Positions 51,410 to 61,019 of a DNA stretch of 64,000 nucleotides are shown one piece after another. Made by a program: the position numbers and the translations under genes. The notes below the pieces were generated by a model. It worked only from the letters and a program-made list of their open reading frames with translations, did no database searches and was not told where the DNA came from. Numbering within the stretch: position 1 is the first letter of the stretch; each line of letters opens with the position of its first letter. This stretch comes from an uncultured Gemmatimonadota bacterium (lineage in GTDB: Bacteria > JAAXHH01), in NCBI GenBank assembly GCA_951812955.1, contig OX638340.1:288001-352000 (forward strand), read 5' to 3'.

Positions 51410-52501
51410 ATGCTCATATTTGACGGCGACTATCCCATGGCGTATGGGGGCGTCGAACTCAACCGGGATCTTACGCTTTCGCTGGCTAAAGTACGCGCTG
51501 CTGACGATAACCCGGGCAACATCGCTTTCGCCTGCCTGCCAGAGATGCGCCGCGGCCGGGTAGCGGCCGCCCTGATGAAATTCACGGTGCGGCGCAAACG
51601 CGAGCACAGTATATTGCCCGGTCTCCGGGGTACCGCGGCGGTCCACGGCGCCGCCCGAGGCCAACTGGCATACTACCACGTCCTCGAGGAAGAGGGTGAA
51701 GGTGTCGTACTCACTGACGGGGAGTCTCTTGCAAAGCACATAGACTCATGGGACAAGGCGGACGTCACCGAAGGACTGCCTGTGGGGTTTGTCCTCGGCA
51801 TGGAAGGCGCCGATCCCATCCTCTCGCCCGGCCAGGTGCATGAATGGTTCGAGATGGGTGTCCGCGTGGTGAGCCTGACCCATTACGGCCCGAGCACTTA
51901 CGCCCACGGCACGGGTTCCGAGGGCGGCCTGCTTCCTCCCGCAAAAGACCTGCTGAGAGAGATGAGTGCCTGCGGCATGTTGCTCGATCTCACCCACATA
52001 TCGGACGAGAGTTTTTTTGAAGCGGTGGATTTGTATGACGGTCCGGTCCTGGCCAGTCACCAGAACTGCCGCGCTGTCGTCCCCGGCCAGCGCCAGTTCT
52101 CCGACGAACAACTCCGGATCGTCATTGAACGGGACGGCGTCATCGGCGCGTCCATGGACACCTGGATGCTCTGTCCGTGGTATACCCTCGACTGGTCGAA
52201 CACCGGGGGATACAACCGCCGGGACTATTACCGTCGCGAGGACATTACCCTTTCCCACGTGGCAGATCATATCGATCACGTGTGCCAGTTGGCCGGAACG
52301 GCCGATCATGCGGCGATCGGTGGCGACACCGACGGACAGGGCGGTATCGAAGGCGCGCCGTCCGAAGTCGATTCCATCGCTGATTACCAGTTGGTGGTCC
52401 CCATCCTCGAAGGGCGTGGATATGCCAGGGATGACATCGAGAAGATCATGTACGGAAACTGGGTTCGATTTTATACGGAACACCTGCCGAAGAACGACTG
52501 A
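51410..52501 (+). CDS. M19-family (renal-type) dipeptidase
   Basis: It has M19 blocks (DLTHISDESF, ASHQNCRA). The start was chosen at MLIFDGD. The ORF-track GTG at 51365 is possible. Confidence 0.75.
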   Translation: MLIFDGDYPMAYGGVELNRDLTLSLAKVRAADDNPGNIAFACLPEMRRGRVAAALMKFTVRRKREHSILPGLRGTAAVHGAARGQLAYYHVLEEEGEGVVLTDGESLAKHIDSWDKADVTEGLPVGFVLGMEGADPILSPGQVHEWFEMGVRVVSLTHYGPSTYAHGTGSEGGLLPPAKDLLREMSACGMLLDLTHISDESFFEAVDLYDGPVLASHQNCRAVVPGQRQFSDEQLRIVIERDGVIGASMDTWMLCPWYTLDWSNTGGYNRRDYYRREDITLSHVADHIDHVCQLAGTADHAAIGGDTDGQGGIEGAPSEVDSIADYQLVVPILEGRGYARDDIEKIMYGNWVRFYTEHLPKND

Positions 52502-52548
52502 TGGACACCTGCAACGGAACAGCAAACGGAACTCTCCGAGGTTTCATC

Positions 52549-54261
52549 ATGCAATGCCTGAATCGTACATGCCTGAATCGTACACGCTACGCCCTGATTG
52601 TCCTGCCCCTCCTTTTCTTTAGTGGATGCGGCGGCGAAGACAACATCCCGCAGTCCGGCAACCAGACATGGGTTAATTCCATCGGCCGCCAGCTTCCGGT
52701 GGACGCGGCCCCGCCGGACCGGCAGCAGTTCCGGTACATGTTCCGCGAACCTTCCACGCTGGATATAAGCGTGGCGGCTTACGAGGCCGATGGCACGTAC
52801 TTCGCCTTCGAACGCCTGGTGCTGCTGGACGAGAACAACGAACTGGTGCCCGCGGCGGCGGACCGGTGGGAAGCATCGGACGATGGACGTACGTGGACCT
52901 TCCACCTCCGTGAAGGGGCTCGGTGGAGCGACGGCAGGGCGGTCACGGCCCACGATTTCGAGTACTCTTTCCGACGCATGCTGGATCCGGCCAGCGGGAA
53001 CATCTACGCCTTCCTCTATTACGTGATCAAGAACGGCCGGGCCTTCAACCAGGGTGATCTGACCGACGTGGAACAGGTAGGCATACGCGCGGTGGACGAA
53101 CTCACCTTTGAGATCGAGACCGAGGGCCCCTGTCCATACCTGCCTTATATCGTCTCCTTCATCACTTCTTCGCCCGTTCCGCGGTGGCAGGTGGAGAAGT
53201 TCGGCGCAAAATGGACCGAACCGGAACACTGCGTGTCCAATTTCACCTACAGGCTGGCGGAATGGAATACGGGTTCCGACATGACGTTTGCGCTGGATCC
53301 GTACTACAACGGCCCGCACAAGGCGTATCTGGAGGAAATCATCGTCAAGTTCGTCGGGGCCCAGCGGCCGGGAACCCTGCCCTATGAGAATGGTGAGATC
53401 GACGCCTATCGCCTGGATCCCATCGACTACGAACGGGTGCGCAGGGACGAACGACTCGTGCGTGAAGTCCACAGGATGTCCGAGTTCACCACCTGGTATC
53501 TATTCTTTCAGACCCGGCAACCTCCCTTCGACGATGCGCGCGTGAGGCGGGCTATTGCCCATGCCATCGACCGGCAGTCTCTAAGCAGCACGGTGCTGAA
53601 TGATCTGGCCATACCCGCGTACTCCATGTTGCCTCCCGGTTTTCCGGGGTATTCGGCGGAACAATTCAGGGCGTCCCAGACCTACGATCCGCAGGAGGCG
53701 AAGCGGTTGATGGCGGAAGCCGGCTATCCGGACGGAAGGGGTTTCCCCCGTACGGAATTCTGGTTGCGGGTGGCCGATACGAGCATCAATCGTATCGCCG
53801 GAGAAGCGGTACAGGCCATGCTCATGGAGACGCTGGGTATCGAACTGGAAATCAAGTACCAGCAACGCAAGTTGTTCAACGACAACATGTTTCAGTGGCA
53901 GATCCCCATGGGCATGCTTGTATTCGTCTACGATTACCCGGATCCGTCCAACATGCTCGGTCTCCTCTGGCGATCCCAGCCCAGGGGATATGCCCGCCAC
54001 GACTGGCTGCACGCGGAATTCGACGACCTGCTCGACCGGGCCAATACCCATATGGCCCCCGAGGTCCGCTACGACCTGTACGCGCGGGCAGAACGCATCC
54101 TGGCGGAGGAGGCGGGTGCCGTGTTTTTATTCCATCCGGTGATCACCGAGCTTAGAAAACCCTATCTCCGGGGTGTAAAACAGGACCGGGACGGCCGCGT
54201 GGTGCCGATTATTTCCATTCAGACCGTCAATTTCACGGAGATGTACATCGCCCGCGATTGA
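52549..54261 (+). CDS. ABC transporter substrate-binding lipoprotein, family 5 (peptide/nickel type)
   Basis: It has a signal peptide with a lipobox (LLFFSGCGG) and an SBP_bac_5-like body. An alternative start at 52501 overlaps the dipeptidase stop. Confidence 0.8.
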   Translation: MQCLNRTCLNRTRYALIVLPLLFFSGCGGEDNIPQSGNQTWVNSIGRQLPVDAAPPDRQQFRYMFREPSTLDISVAAYEADGTYFAFERLVLLDENNELVPAAADRWEASDDGRTWTFHLREGARWSDGRAVTAHDFEYSFRRMLDPASGNIYAFLYYVIKNGRAFNQGDLTDVEQVGIRAVDELTFEIETEGPCPYLPYIVSFITSSPVPRWQVEKFGAKWTEPEHCVSNFTYRLAEWNTGSDMTFALDPYYNGPHKAYLEEIIVKFVGAQRPGTLPYENGEIDAYRLDPIDYERVRRDERLVREVHRMSEFTTWYLFFQTRQPPFDDARVRRAIAHAIDRQSLSSTVLNDLAIPAYSMLPPGFPGYSAEQFRASQTYDPQEAKRLMAEAGYPDGRGFPRTEFWLRVADTSINRIAGEAVQAMLMETLGIELEIKYQQRKLFNDNMFQWQIPMGMLVFVYDYPDPSNMLGLLWRSQPRGYARHDWLHAEFDDLLDRANTHMAPEVRYDLYARAERILAEEAGAVFLFHPVITELRKPYLRGVKQDRDGRVVPIISIQTVNFTEMYIARD

Positions 54262-54355
54262 TTCGACGCCAGATGCATGGAATCAATCAACGTATTGCAT
54301 ATCGCCCGCGATTTATTCGCTTTGGCCATCCCCACCTTGACCATCCGATCTCCCC

Positions 54356-55612
54356 ATGGACAAGACCGACGTACTGATCATTGGGGGCGGCGCCGTAGGC
54401 GTCTGCGCCGCGTACTACCTGCGTGAGGCGGGATACGGGGTCACCCTCGTGGAACGCGGGAAGATCGGATCCGGCGCTTCCCACGGCAACATGGGACTCA
54501 TCGTACCCAGCCACAGCGTGCCGCTCGCAGCACCGGGCGTGCCGGTGCGGGGCCTGAAGTGGATGTTCAACCCGGACAGCCCCTTCTACATCAAGCCGCG
54601 GCTGGACCCGTCGCTGATCCGCTGGCTCTGGGAATTCTGGAAGGCCAGCAGCGAAGGCCGGATGCGCAGGGCCATTCCGCTGATCCGGGACATGAGCCTG
54701 CAAAGCCTTTCGCTATTCGATGAACTGGACGGTCTGGACGGCGTGGATTTCGACTATCACCAGCGGGGCGTCCTGGCCGTGTATCGAACGAAGGAAGGCC
54801 TGGCGGAAGGGGAAGAGGAACGGCAACTCCTCTCTTCGTACGGGCTCGAAATCGACGAGCTTACATCCGATGGGGTGGCAGAGGCGCTTCCGGGGTTGGA
54901 ACTGAATGCGCTGGGCGGCCTGCACTTCAGGCAGGATGCCCACTTGACGCCCGGAAAGTTCGTGCGTTCATTGGCGGATCATGCGGTGCGGCGCGGCGTG
55001 ATCGTGCGCACCGGGTCAGAAGTGACGGGGTTCACGAAAGATAAGGGGCGCATCGCGGCTGTTCATACGACGCAGGGGGACATCGCGGCGGGAGAGGTTG
55101 TGCTCACGGCGGGTTCCTGGTCGCCCGCCCTCGGAATAGTCGCCGGAATCTCGCTGCCGATCCAGCCAGCCAAGGGGTACAGCGTTACGATGCGCCGGCC
55201 TGCGGAGTGGCCGGAACTTCCCATTATGCTCGCGGAATCCCGAGTAGCCGTCACGCCCATGGGCGACACGCTGCGTATCGGAGGCACCCTGGAACTGGCT
55301 GGCATGGACCTTTCCATCAACCGCCGACGCGTAGCCGCGATTCTCCATGCCTTGCCCAGGTACCTGCCGTCTTTCGACATCGATGCCCTTGAGATCGTCG
55401 AAACCTGGTGCGGACTGCGTCCCTGCACGCCCGATGGCCTGCCCTTCCTGGGCCGGGCTCCCGGCGTTCCCAATCTGATCGTGGCCGCCGGCCATGCCAT
55501 GATCGGGGTGTCCCTGGGGCCGGTGACCGGTAAACTGGTGAGTCAGATTGTGGCCGAGGATCCGCCCGGTATCGATATCGATCTCCTCGCGGTAGACCGA
55601 TTCGCCCGCTGA
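54356..55612 (+). CDS. FAD-dependent oxidoreductase, D-amino acid dehydrogenase (DadA)-like
   Basis: It has an N-terminal FAD motif VLIIGGGAVGVCAAYYL and DAO-family architecture. Confidence 0.8.
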   Translation: MDKTDVLIIGGGAVGVCAAYYLREAGYGVTLVERGKIGSGASHGNMGLIVPSHSVPLAAPGVPVRGLKWMFNPDSPFYIKPRLDPSLIRWLWEFWKASSEGRMRRAIPLIRDMSLQSLSLFDELDGLDGVDFDYHQRGVLAVYRTKEGLAEGEEERQLLSSYGLEIDELTSDGVAEALPGLELNALGGLHFRQDAHLTPGKFVRSLADHAVRRGVIVRTGSEVTGFTKDKGRIAAVHTTQGDIAAGEVVLTAGSWSPALGIVAGISLPIQPAKGYSVTMRRPAEWPELPIMLAESRVAVTPMGDTLRIGGTLELAGMDLSINRRRVAAILHALPRYLPSFDIDALEIVETWCGLRPCTPDGLPFLGRAPGVPNLIVAAGHAMIGVSLGPVTGKLVSQIVAEDPPGIDIDLLAVDRFAR

Positions 55613-56962
55613 GTGAATATGCGCCCTGCGAAAGCTACAGCCACCACGACCGCCCATCCCTTCTCAAATAGACCCCACGCCACACTCATTCGGCTAACTT
55701 TTCCCGTTCTGCTCTCGCTGATCGCGGAACCGCTTACCGGCCTCGTGGACACCGCCTTCATCAAGCAACTCGGCGCGGAGTCCCTCGCCGCCCTCGGCGT
55801 CGGCGCCGTCGCGCTATCTGGCCTCTTCTGGGTCTTTAACTTTCTCGGTATCAGCACCCAGACGGAAGTGGCCCAGGCCGAGGGCGACAACGACAGGAAC
55901 CGGTCCGTTTCCATGAGCAGCCTGGCCCTCTGCATGAGCATGGCTTTCGGACTGCTGATCATCGTCTTCGGCGTTCCGCTTACGTCGTATCTCGCGACGC
56001 TACTGGGCGCTGCCGGCGCAATACACGACGGGGCCGTGGACTACATCTGGTGGCGGTGGTTCGGTGCGCCGGCCATCCTGATCACGCTGACGGCCAGCGG
56101 AGCCTTGCGGGGACTTCAGGATATGCGCTCGCCGCTCTGGATCGCCCTGGGCATCAACGGCATCAATATCGTGCTCGATCCCATGCTCATATTCGGTGCG
56201 GGACCTGTGCCCGCGCTGGGGATCACCGGAGCGGCAGTAGCCAGCGTCATCGCCTATTGGATCGGCGCCGCCTGGTCGCTCTGGATCATAAAACGCAAGC
56301 TTGGCTGGTCCCTGCCGGCTGATTTCAGCGCGGTTGGCCGACTGATGCGCACGGGCACCGATCTTTTCATACGCACCGGCGTACTGAACCTGTTTCTCCT
56401 CCTGACGACCCGCGAAGCCACGCACGGCGGCGCAGACGTCGGGGCCGCACACCAGGCGATCAGGCAGGTCTGGATGTTCGGCACGTTCGTACTGGACGCG
56501 CTGGCCGTCACGGGACAGAGCCTGGTCGGTTACTTTCTCGGCGGCGAACGGATCAGAAGCGCCAGGAAAGTGGCCCGAATCGTCTGCCTGTGGAGCGTAT
56601 GGTCCGGATGCCTGCTTGGGTTCGTTCTCTGGCTGGGAAGCGGGTTCGTGGTCGATCTGCTCGTGCCTCCCAGCGCCGCTCCCTATTTCCATTCGGCCTG
56701 GATCGTCGCCATCGCCGTACAACCGCTCAACGCCCTGGCCTTCGCCACCGATGGATTGCACTGGGGATCGGGGGACTACCGGTACCTGAGAAACGCGGTG
56801 ATCCTGGCGACCGGCGCCGGCGCGGCCGGACTGCTGGCCGGCCCCCACTCCCTGGACTGGATCTGGATAATGACGGCGGTCTGGATCAGCGTCCGCGCCA
56901 CGCTGGGGGTGATACGGATCTGGCCCGGGGTGGGGAACAGTCCGTTTCGGGTGGAGGACTAA
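55613..56962 (+). CDS. MATE family efflux transporter
   Basis: 449 aa with 12 predicted TM helices and MATE-like organisation. Confidence 0.8.
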   Translation: MNMRPAKATATTTAHPFSNRPHATLIRLTFPVLLSLIAEPLTGLVDTAFIKQLGAESLAALGVGAVALSGLFWVFNFLGISTQTEVAQAEGDNDRNRSVSMSSLALCMSMAFGLLIIVFGVPLTSYLATLLGAAGAIHDGAVDYIWWRWFGAPAILITLTASGALRGLQDMRSPLWIALGINGINIVLDPMLIFGAGPVPALGITGAAVASVIAYWIGAAWSLWIIKRKLGWSLPADFSAVGRLMRTGTDLFIRTGVLNLFLLLTTREATHGGADVGAAHQAIRQVWMFGTFVLDALAVTGQSLVGYFLGGERIRSARKVARIVCLWSVWSGCLLGFVLWLGSGFVVDLLVPPSAAPYFHSAWIVAIAVQPLNALAFATDGLHWGSGDYRYLRNAVILATGAGAAGLLAGPHSLDWIWIMTAVWISVRATLGVIRIWPGVGNSPFRVED

Positions 56963-57361
56963 TTATGCCTGCCAAACTATTGATTGTACGACTTCGGCTA
57001 AGTCCTTGTCGAAGGTTTTAACGTCACTGACACCTCGACGTTGGCAACTCGCCAAGTGGCAGAGGTCTCTCGCTTTAAGTTTGGGATACTGAAAGTGAAG
57101 TTGGTGGGCAAGATACACGTCTCCACCCTCAAACGGCCAGACTACAATTCCCCGATCCGAAATGAATTCTACCGCTTCCCCGAAAGTTGGCAGTCGATTT
57201 GTGGCAAGGTACACATGCAACAGTTCCTGCAAAACTTCTGTGGAAGTACATAACTGATTGGGTTTGCGGACGGACGCACGAAAGAACTCCCGTGCTTGCT
57301 CTCTCCGTGGATGCTCCTTGCCGACCGCATACATGAAAACGTTGGTGTCGACAAAGATCAT
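56963..57361 (-). CDS. vapC: PIN-domain ribonuclease toxin (VapC-like)
   Basis: 132 aa with a PIN acidic-residue pattern starting MIFVDTNVFMYAV. Its start overlaps the stop of the upstream gene (ATGA). It lies in a lower-GC segment. Confidence 0.85.
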   Translation of the reverse strand: MIFVDTNVFMYAVGKEHPRREQAREFFRASVRKPNQLCTSTEVLQELLHVYLATNRLPTFGEAVEFISDRGIVVWPFEGGDVYLAHQLHFQYPKLKARDLCHLASCQRRGVSDVKTFDKDLAEVVQSIVWQA

Positions 57362-58344
57362 GTATTCGTGGTTCCGCTTCCTTTCGACTGCTTGATGACT
57401 TCAAGTTGCTCTTCCCAATCAGGTTCCGATTTGGGACCAGGGAGGTCGTCGCACTTGTCAAAAAAGGTATCCAGTTCAGCCAATTTCTCGATGGCTTCCT
57501 TCTCTGATAGAATGTAGTTCTTTCTTTGGGTATGGAGTTCCTTGAGCCATATCTCGAATTCGTCGTGGCGGTCCCGTCGTTTTCGGTCGAAAAACCCGTC
57601 AGTATTCCTTATCTCGTTAAAAAGGGTGTACGCTATGCCCGCGATACTCGCGAGATAGTAGTACTCCTGGCCTTCATAGATGGAAATCGGGTATTCTGTT
57701 CCTTTCATCGCGTACCGTTCAAAGTTTATGCCGATCGCAATATCGTGTCGTCTCTCGTCTTCGCTTGAGGCATTTCCGAATACTTCGGCCAACCAAGTGT
57801 TTTCCGGGTATGCACCCAATATGTCTTCTTCTTCGGATTGGTTCTCGTATGGGATGACGACGCAACGTTCGAATTCAAGGCTGTTTTTCCTAGCGTCTAT
57901 GAGCAACTTCTGGATGTTATGGCCATAGTTCCCTTTGAGATCAATCGGCAATATCCTCTCGTCCTTGAAGAGCATGTATGCCTTGAGACCCAACTCAACA
58001 CCGTGTAGGAAGTTATATACCGTCGATTGATGAGTTTCCGGAAATAACAGATCGAATGATTTCTTCCAGTCGCGAGATAGTTCATTGCGCGCTATCCGTA
58101 CGAACTCCTTTCCATGTTCGAAAAACTCCCTATGGCCGAACCACTGCTCACCGATGGGCGTATGAGTGAACTGGGATTCGTTCTTCTTGTCATTACGAAT
58201 ATGTAGATTAATGAGTTCACGGGCTTCATCCCGGTCCAACGATTTGCGTTTTCCGGTACCGTCTTGTTGATAGAATCGGCCTTCCGTGTCACGTACTACC
58301 GTTATGTTTGGTGATGTATTGAAATGGTACTGTTTTAGTTTCAT
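57358..58344 (-). CDS. Uncharacterised 328-aa protein in the antitoxin position of the VapC operon. It may carry a C-terminal antitoxin-like domain fused to an unknown N-terminal domain.
   Basis: Continuous ORF with visibly lower GC than the flanks. Its stop overlaps the vapC start. I recognise no motif apart from a weak K-x4-H (KGNYGH) element. Confidence 0.6.
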   Translation of the reverse strand: MKLKQYHFNTSPNITVVRDTEGRFYQQDGTGKRKSLDRDEARELINLHIRNDKKNESQFTHTPIGEQWFGHREFFEHGKEFVRIARNELSRDWKKSFDLLFPETHQSTVYNFLHGVELGLKAYMLFKDERILPIDLKGNYGHNIQKLLIDARKNSLEFERCVVIPYENQSEEEDILGAYPENTWLAEVFGNASSEDERRHDIAIGINFERYAMKGTEYPISIYEGQEYYYLASIAGIAYTLFNEIRNTDGFFDRKRRDRHDEFEIWLKELHTQRKNYILSEKEAIEKLAELDTFFDKCDDLPGPKSEPDWEEQLEVIKQSKGSGTTNT

Positions 58345-58522
58345 TTGGCGATGTCCTTCTAAATGCTCTCCTTTGATGAATTGGCCGTACTATTGACTAT
58401 GCATTGAAATTCGCAGAATACAGGGTAGCCGTCAAACGGAATTTGATCATTACATTCTGGATTCATGATTACTGTTTGTGAGCGTGGACTGTACGCGTGA
58501 TTATGACATCTGAGTTCTCTGC

Positions 58523-58840
58523 TCAGTCGAACTGGTCCAGGAGTTCCTCGATAGGTTCTTTGCCAGGCCATGCGCCTGCAAGTTCAATAGGATCGAGATT
58601 TCGTGCGTGCTCCGCTTTGTCCGACAACAGATCATGCGGTTGTTGAGTTTCTACGGATGGTATTACCTCGAATGCGCCTTCCTTTACCAGTCGACGGCTG
58701 ATACGGCGAACTTCGATCAGTCTCGCCTGACCGTTGGGCCTGAAATGTACCATCCCTTCGACAGTGACCTGCTTACCCCATAGAAAACGCCGGGCCTCAA
58801 TTTTCAAAGGCTCGGCGCATATCCTTCCCGAAGCGAGCAA
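58523..58840 (-). CDS. Small hypothetical protein (105 aa)
   Basis: ORF that begins 42 bp downstream of the 583-aa gene on the same strand. Coding status is uncertain. Confidence 0.3.
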   Translation of the reverse strand: MLASGRICAEPLKIEARRFLWGKQVTVEGMVHFRPNGQARLIEVRRISRRLVKEGAFEVIPSVETQQPHDLLSDKAEHARNLDPIELAGAWPGKEPIEELLDQFD

Positions 58841-58882
58841 GCGGGCAAGTTCGCTTGTAATGACCGCGCTTGAACCAGTGAT

Positions 58883-60634
58883 TCAGCTCCACGGAAACTC
58901 GAAGGTCGGCCGGTTCACGTACCGTTCCATGGCGATCTCTATCCGAACCCCAGAACCGGGCGCGAGCAGAAGTTTGAGATAGTCGCCGGTCACTTCCACG
59001 GTCCCCCCATTCCCTTCCGCTGCGTCGCGACCGACTGTAAACGATTTCAACGTGTGCTCCCGATAGGCGCCGCCCTGGATGACGACCTCCGAGGGCTCCA
59101 CGGGATTTACATTGACCAGGGTTACTGCCGATTCCGTATCGCCGACCGTATCCACAAGGGCCGCCACGTCCTGTGGAAGGCCTGGCCGGCGCTCCACGGG
59201 ATCGAAATACCGGAACATGCAGTGAACCGCCTGGGCGCGCTTCGGGGCGGGACCGCCCATGGTCTGCTGAAAGAGTGTGCCCGGAGTCGCCGGGTTGACG
59301 GCATTCGTGTTGTCTGACAGGCGCGTGTCCGGCGTCATGGTATCGTTGCGTATCCATTCCACTTTTTCGCGGACGGACGCCAGGTCGGCGTGCAACGCCT
59401 CCTCGGGGTAATTGGGGTTTTCGCCGCTCAGGTAACTCATCCACGCATCATCCGGGCAGCGCGCCCGGGCCTCCTCCGACATCGACCAGTACCAGGTCTC
59501 CATCGTGCCGACACGGTAGGGGTTCGGTGTGTAGTTGTACCATCCGTCGTCCCCGAACTTGTTCGGGTACTGCATCTGGCCGTCCACTACCCGTCCGTTT
59601 TCGTTGATGAGGTCGATCATCTCGCTCCACGGCGCCGCGTAGGAGCGGTCCCCGGTCAGCAGCAGCGCGTGACTGAAGCCCGACAGGCCCAGTTGGATCG
59701 TGTCGCGGTGCACGATCCGGCCGTCCTGGGGCGCGACGGTCGTGAATCCCCATCCATAACACCCGCCGTACCACTTGCCGTCGCAGGCGCCGCCGATGGT
59801 GCCGTCCAGTCCGATATTGGTGGGGATGATGCCGCCGTTCGCCCGGGTGCGTTCGACCCACGAGTCCACATATTCCAGGATCCATTCCCGGTATTTGTCC
59901 TCGCCCGTCAGCGCGTAGGCATTGAAGGCCAGTCCCGTCGCGAGCATGTTGGAGGGATGGTCGCCTATCACGTCGGTATAGTCTTTGAAATGGCCCAGCA
60001 TTTCCTCGAAGTTGCGCTCGCCGTGGGCCAGGACGAAGCGGCCCTCCTCGATGGGATCGCCCGCCCAGTCGATGGGCTCGGCCTTGCGCAGCATGGGGCC
60101 TCGGCTCCCGTTGAACAGGCTGCGGATGATCCGGTGTTCCGGGTCGTAGTTACGCGCCCCGGGATCCTCGTCCATGTAGAAACCGGACCACTGCCGCACC
60201 CGCCGCTCGAATTCCTCCGCGCCCGGGTCACAGAGACCGAGGTCGCCGAAGACCGACATGCTCTCGCCGTTGTGAAGCCAGTCGAACATGACGGGGAATT
60301 CCTTGTAGTACATCCCGTCCCGGCAGAAGGGCACGTCCACTGTCTTCGCCTCGGTGTACTGGAGGATGTGGCCGTCCTGCGCCTGGTTGCTCATGTCGAG
60401 CAGGTTCTCCGGACCGCCCATCATGTACAGAACAGGCCATCCGGTCAGGTTTTCGATGGCGTCGTCAGGACCGTCGTCGCCGCCCCAGCGGGGCACGCAG
60501 CGCATGTAACCCCGCTCGTCGAAGTAACGGTCGTAGAAGTATTCGCAGGCCCGCGCCTGGGCTTTAAGGGACTCCTTCTGCAGGAGGGCCCAGGATGGGG
60601 GTGGCATCGGTGTGGTGATGGTCAGGGTGGTCAT
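58883..60634 (-). CDS. Hypothetical aromatic-rich protein (583 aa), possibly glycoside-hydrolase-like
   Basis: Long ORF with normal high GC. It is rich in W/Y/G/D, as in carbohydrate-active enzymes. I cannot assign a family. An AT-rich putative promoter region lies upstream (60635-60760). Confidence 0.55.
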   Translation of the reverse strand: MTTLTITTPMPPPSWALLQKESLKAQARACEYFYDRYFDERGYMRCVPRWGGDDGPDDAIENLTGWPVLYMMGGPENLLDMSNQAQDGHILQYTEAKTVDVPFCRDGMYYKEFPVMFDWLHNGESMSVFGDLGLCDPGAEEFERRVRQWSGFYMDEDPGARNYDPEHRIIRSLFNGSRGPMLRKAEPIDWAGDPIEEGRFVLAHGERNFEEMLGHFKDYTDVIGDHPSNMLATGLAFNAYALTGEDKYREWILEYVDSWVERTRANGGIIPTNIGLDGTIGGACDGKWYGGCYGWGFTTVAPQDGRIVHRDTIQLGLSGFSHALLLTGDRSYAAPWSEMIDLINENGRVVDGQMQYPNKFGDDGWYNYTPNPYRVGTMETWYWSMSEEARARCPDDAWMSYLSGENPNYPEEALHADLASVREKVEWIRNDTMTPDTRLSDNTNAVNPATPGTLFQQTMGGPAPKRAQAVHCMFRYFDPVERRPGLPQDVAALVDTVGDTESAVTLVNVNPVEPSEVVIQGGAYREHTLKSFTVGRDAAEGNGGTVEVTGDYLKLLLAPGSGVRIEIAMERYVNRPTFEFPWS

Positions 60635-60902
60635 GGGACAGACTAATTCAGCTGCTAGGAAGTCTTTGATATTGGATCTTGCTAATGCTCAATTGCCGTG
60701 GTATTCAGGACTGCGTCTGTATGACTTAGTCTCATATAGACTATACAAAAAGTCAAGTATTGAAGGAGTTTCCTTATCGCCAACTTCGTTCAGGAAAGCA
60801 TACCTTCACGACTAAGCGGACTAACATAGAAGCCGGCGGTGATGCGATGCGTGAGCATTTGATATTGCGACGGAGGTCATGGAGGGCATTGCATGGAATA
60901 AA

Positions 60903-60929
60903 AACGGCACCCTCCAGGGGATTGCCGTT
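60903..60929 (-). terminator. Putative Rho-independent terminator for the Sel1-repeat gene (stem aacggca/tgccgtt followed by a U-run on the minus strand)
   Basis: The hairpin AAACGGCACCCTCCAGGGGATTGCCGTTT is followed on the minus strand by TTTTTATT. It lies about 90 bp downstream of the stop at 61020. Confidence 0.5.
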
Positions 60930-61019
60930 TGTATTGCGTCACGTGAACTTCAATGGTCCGGCGATGGCAGTGAGTCAAGCCATCGGGTTAATAAAATCGA
61001 TCTGGCATTTTGCTCTTTC

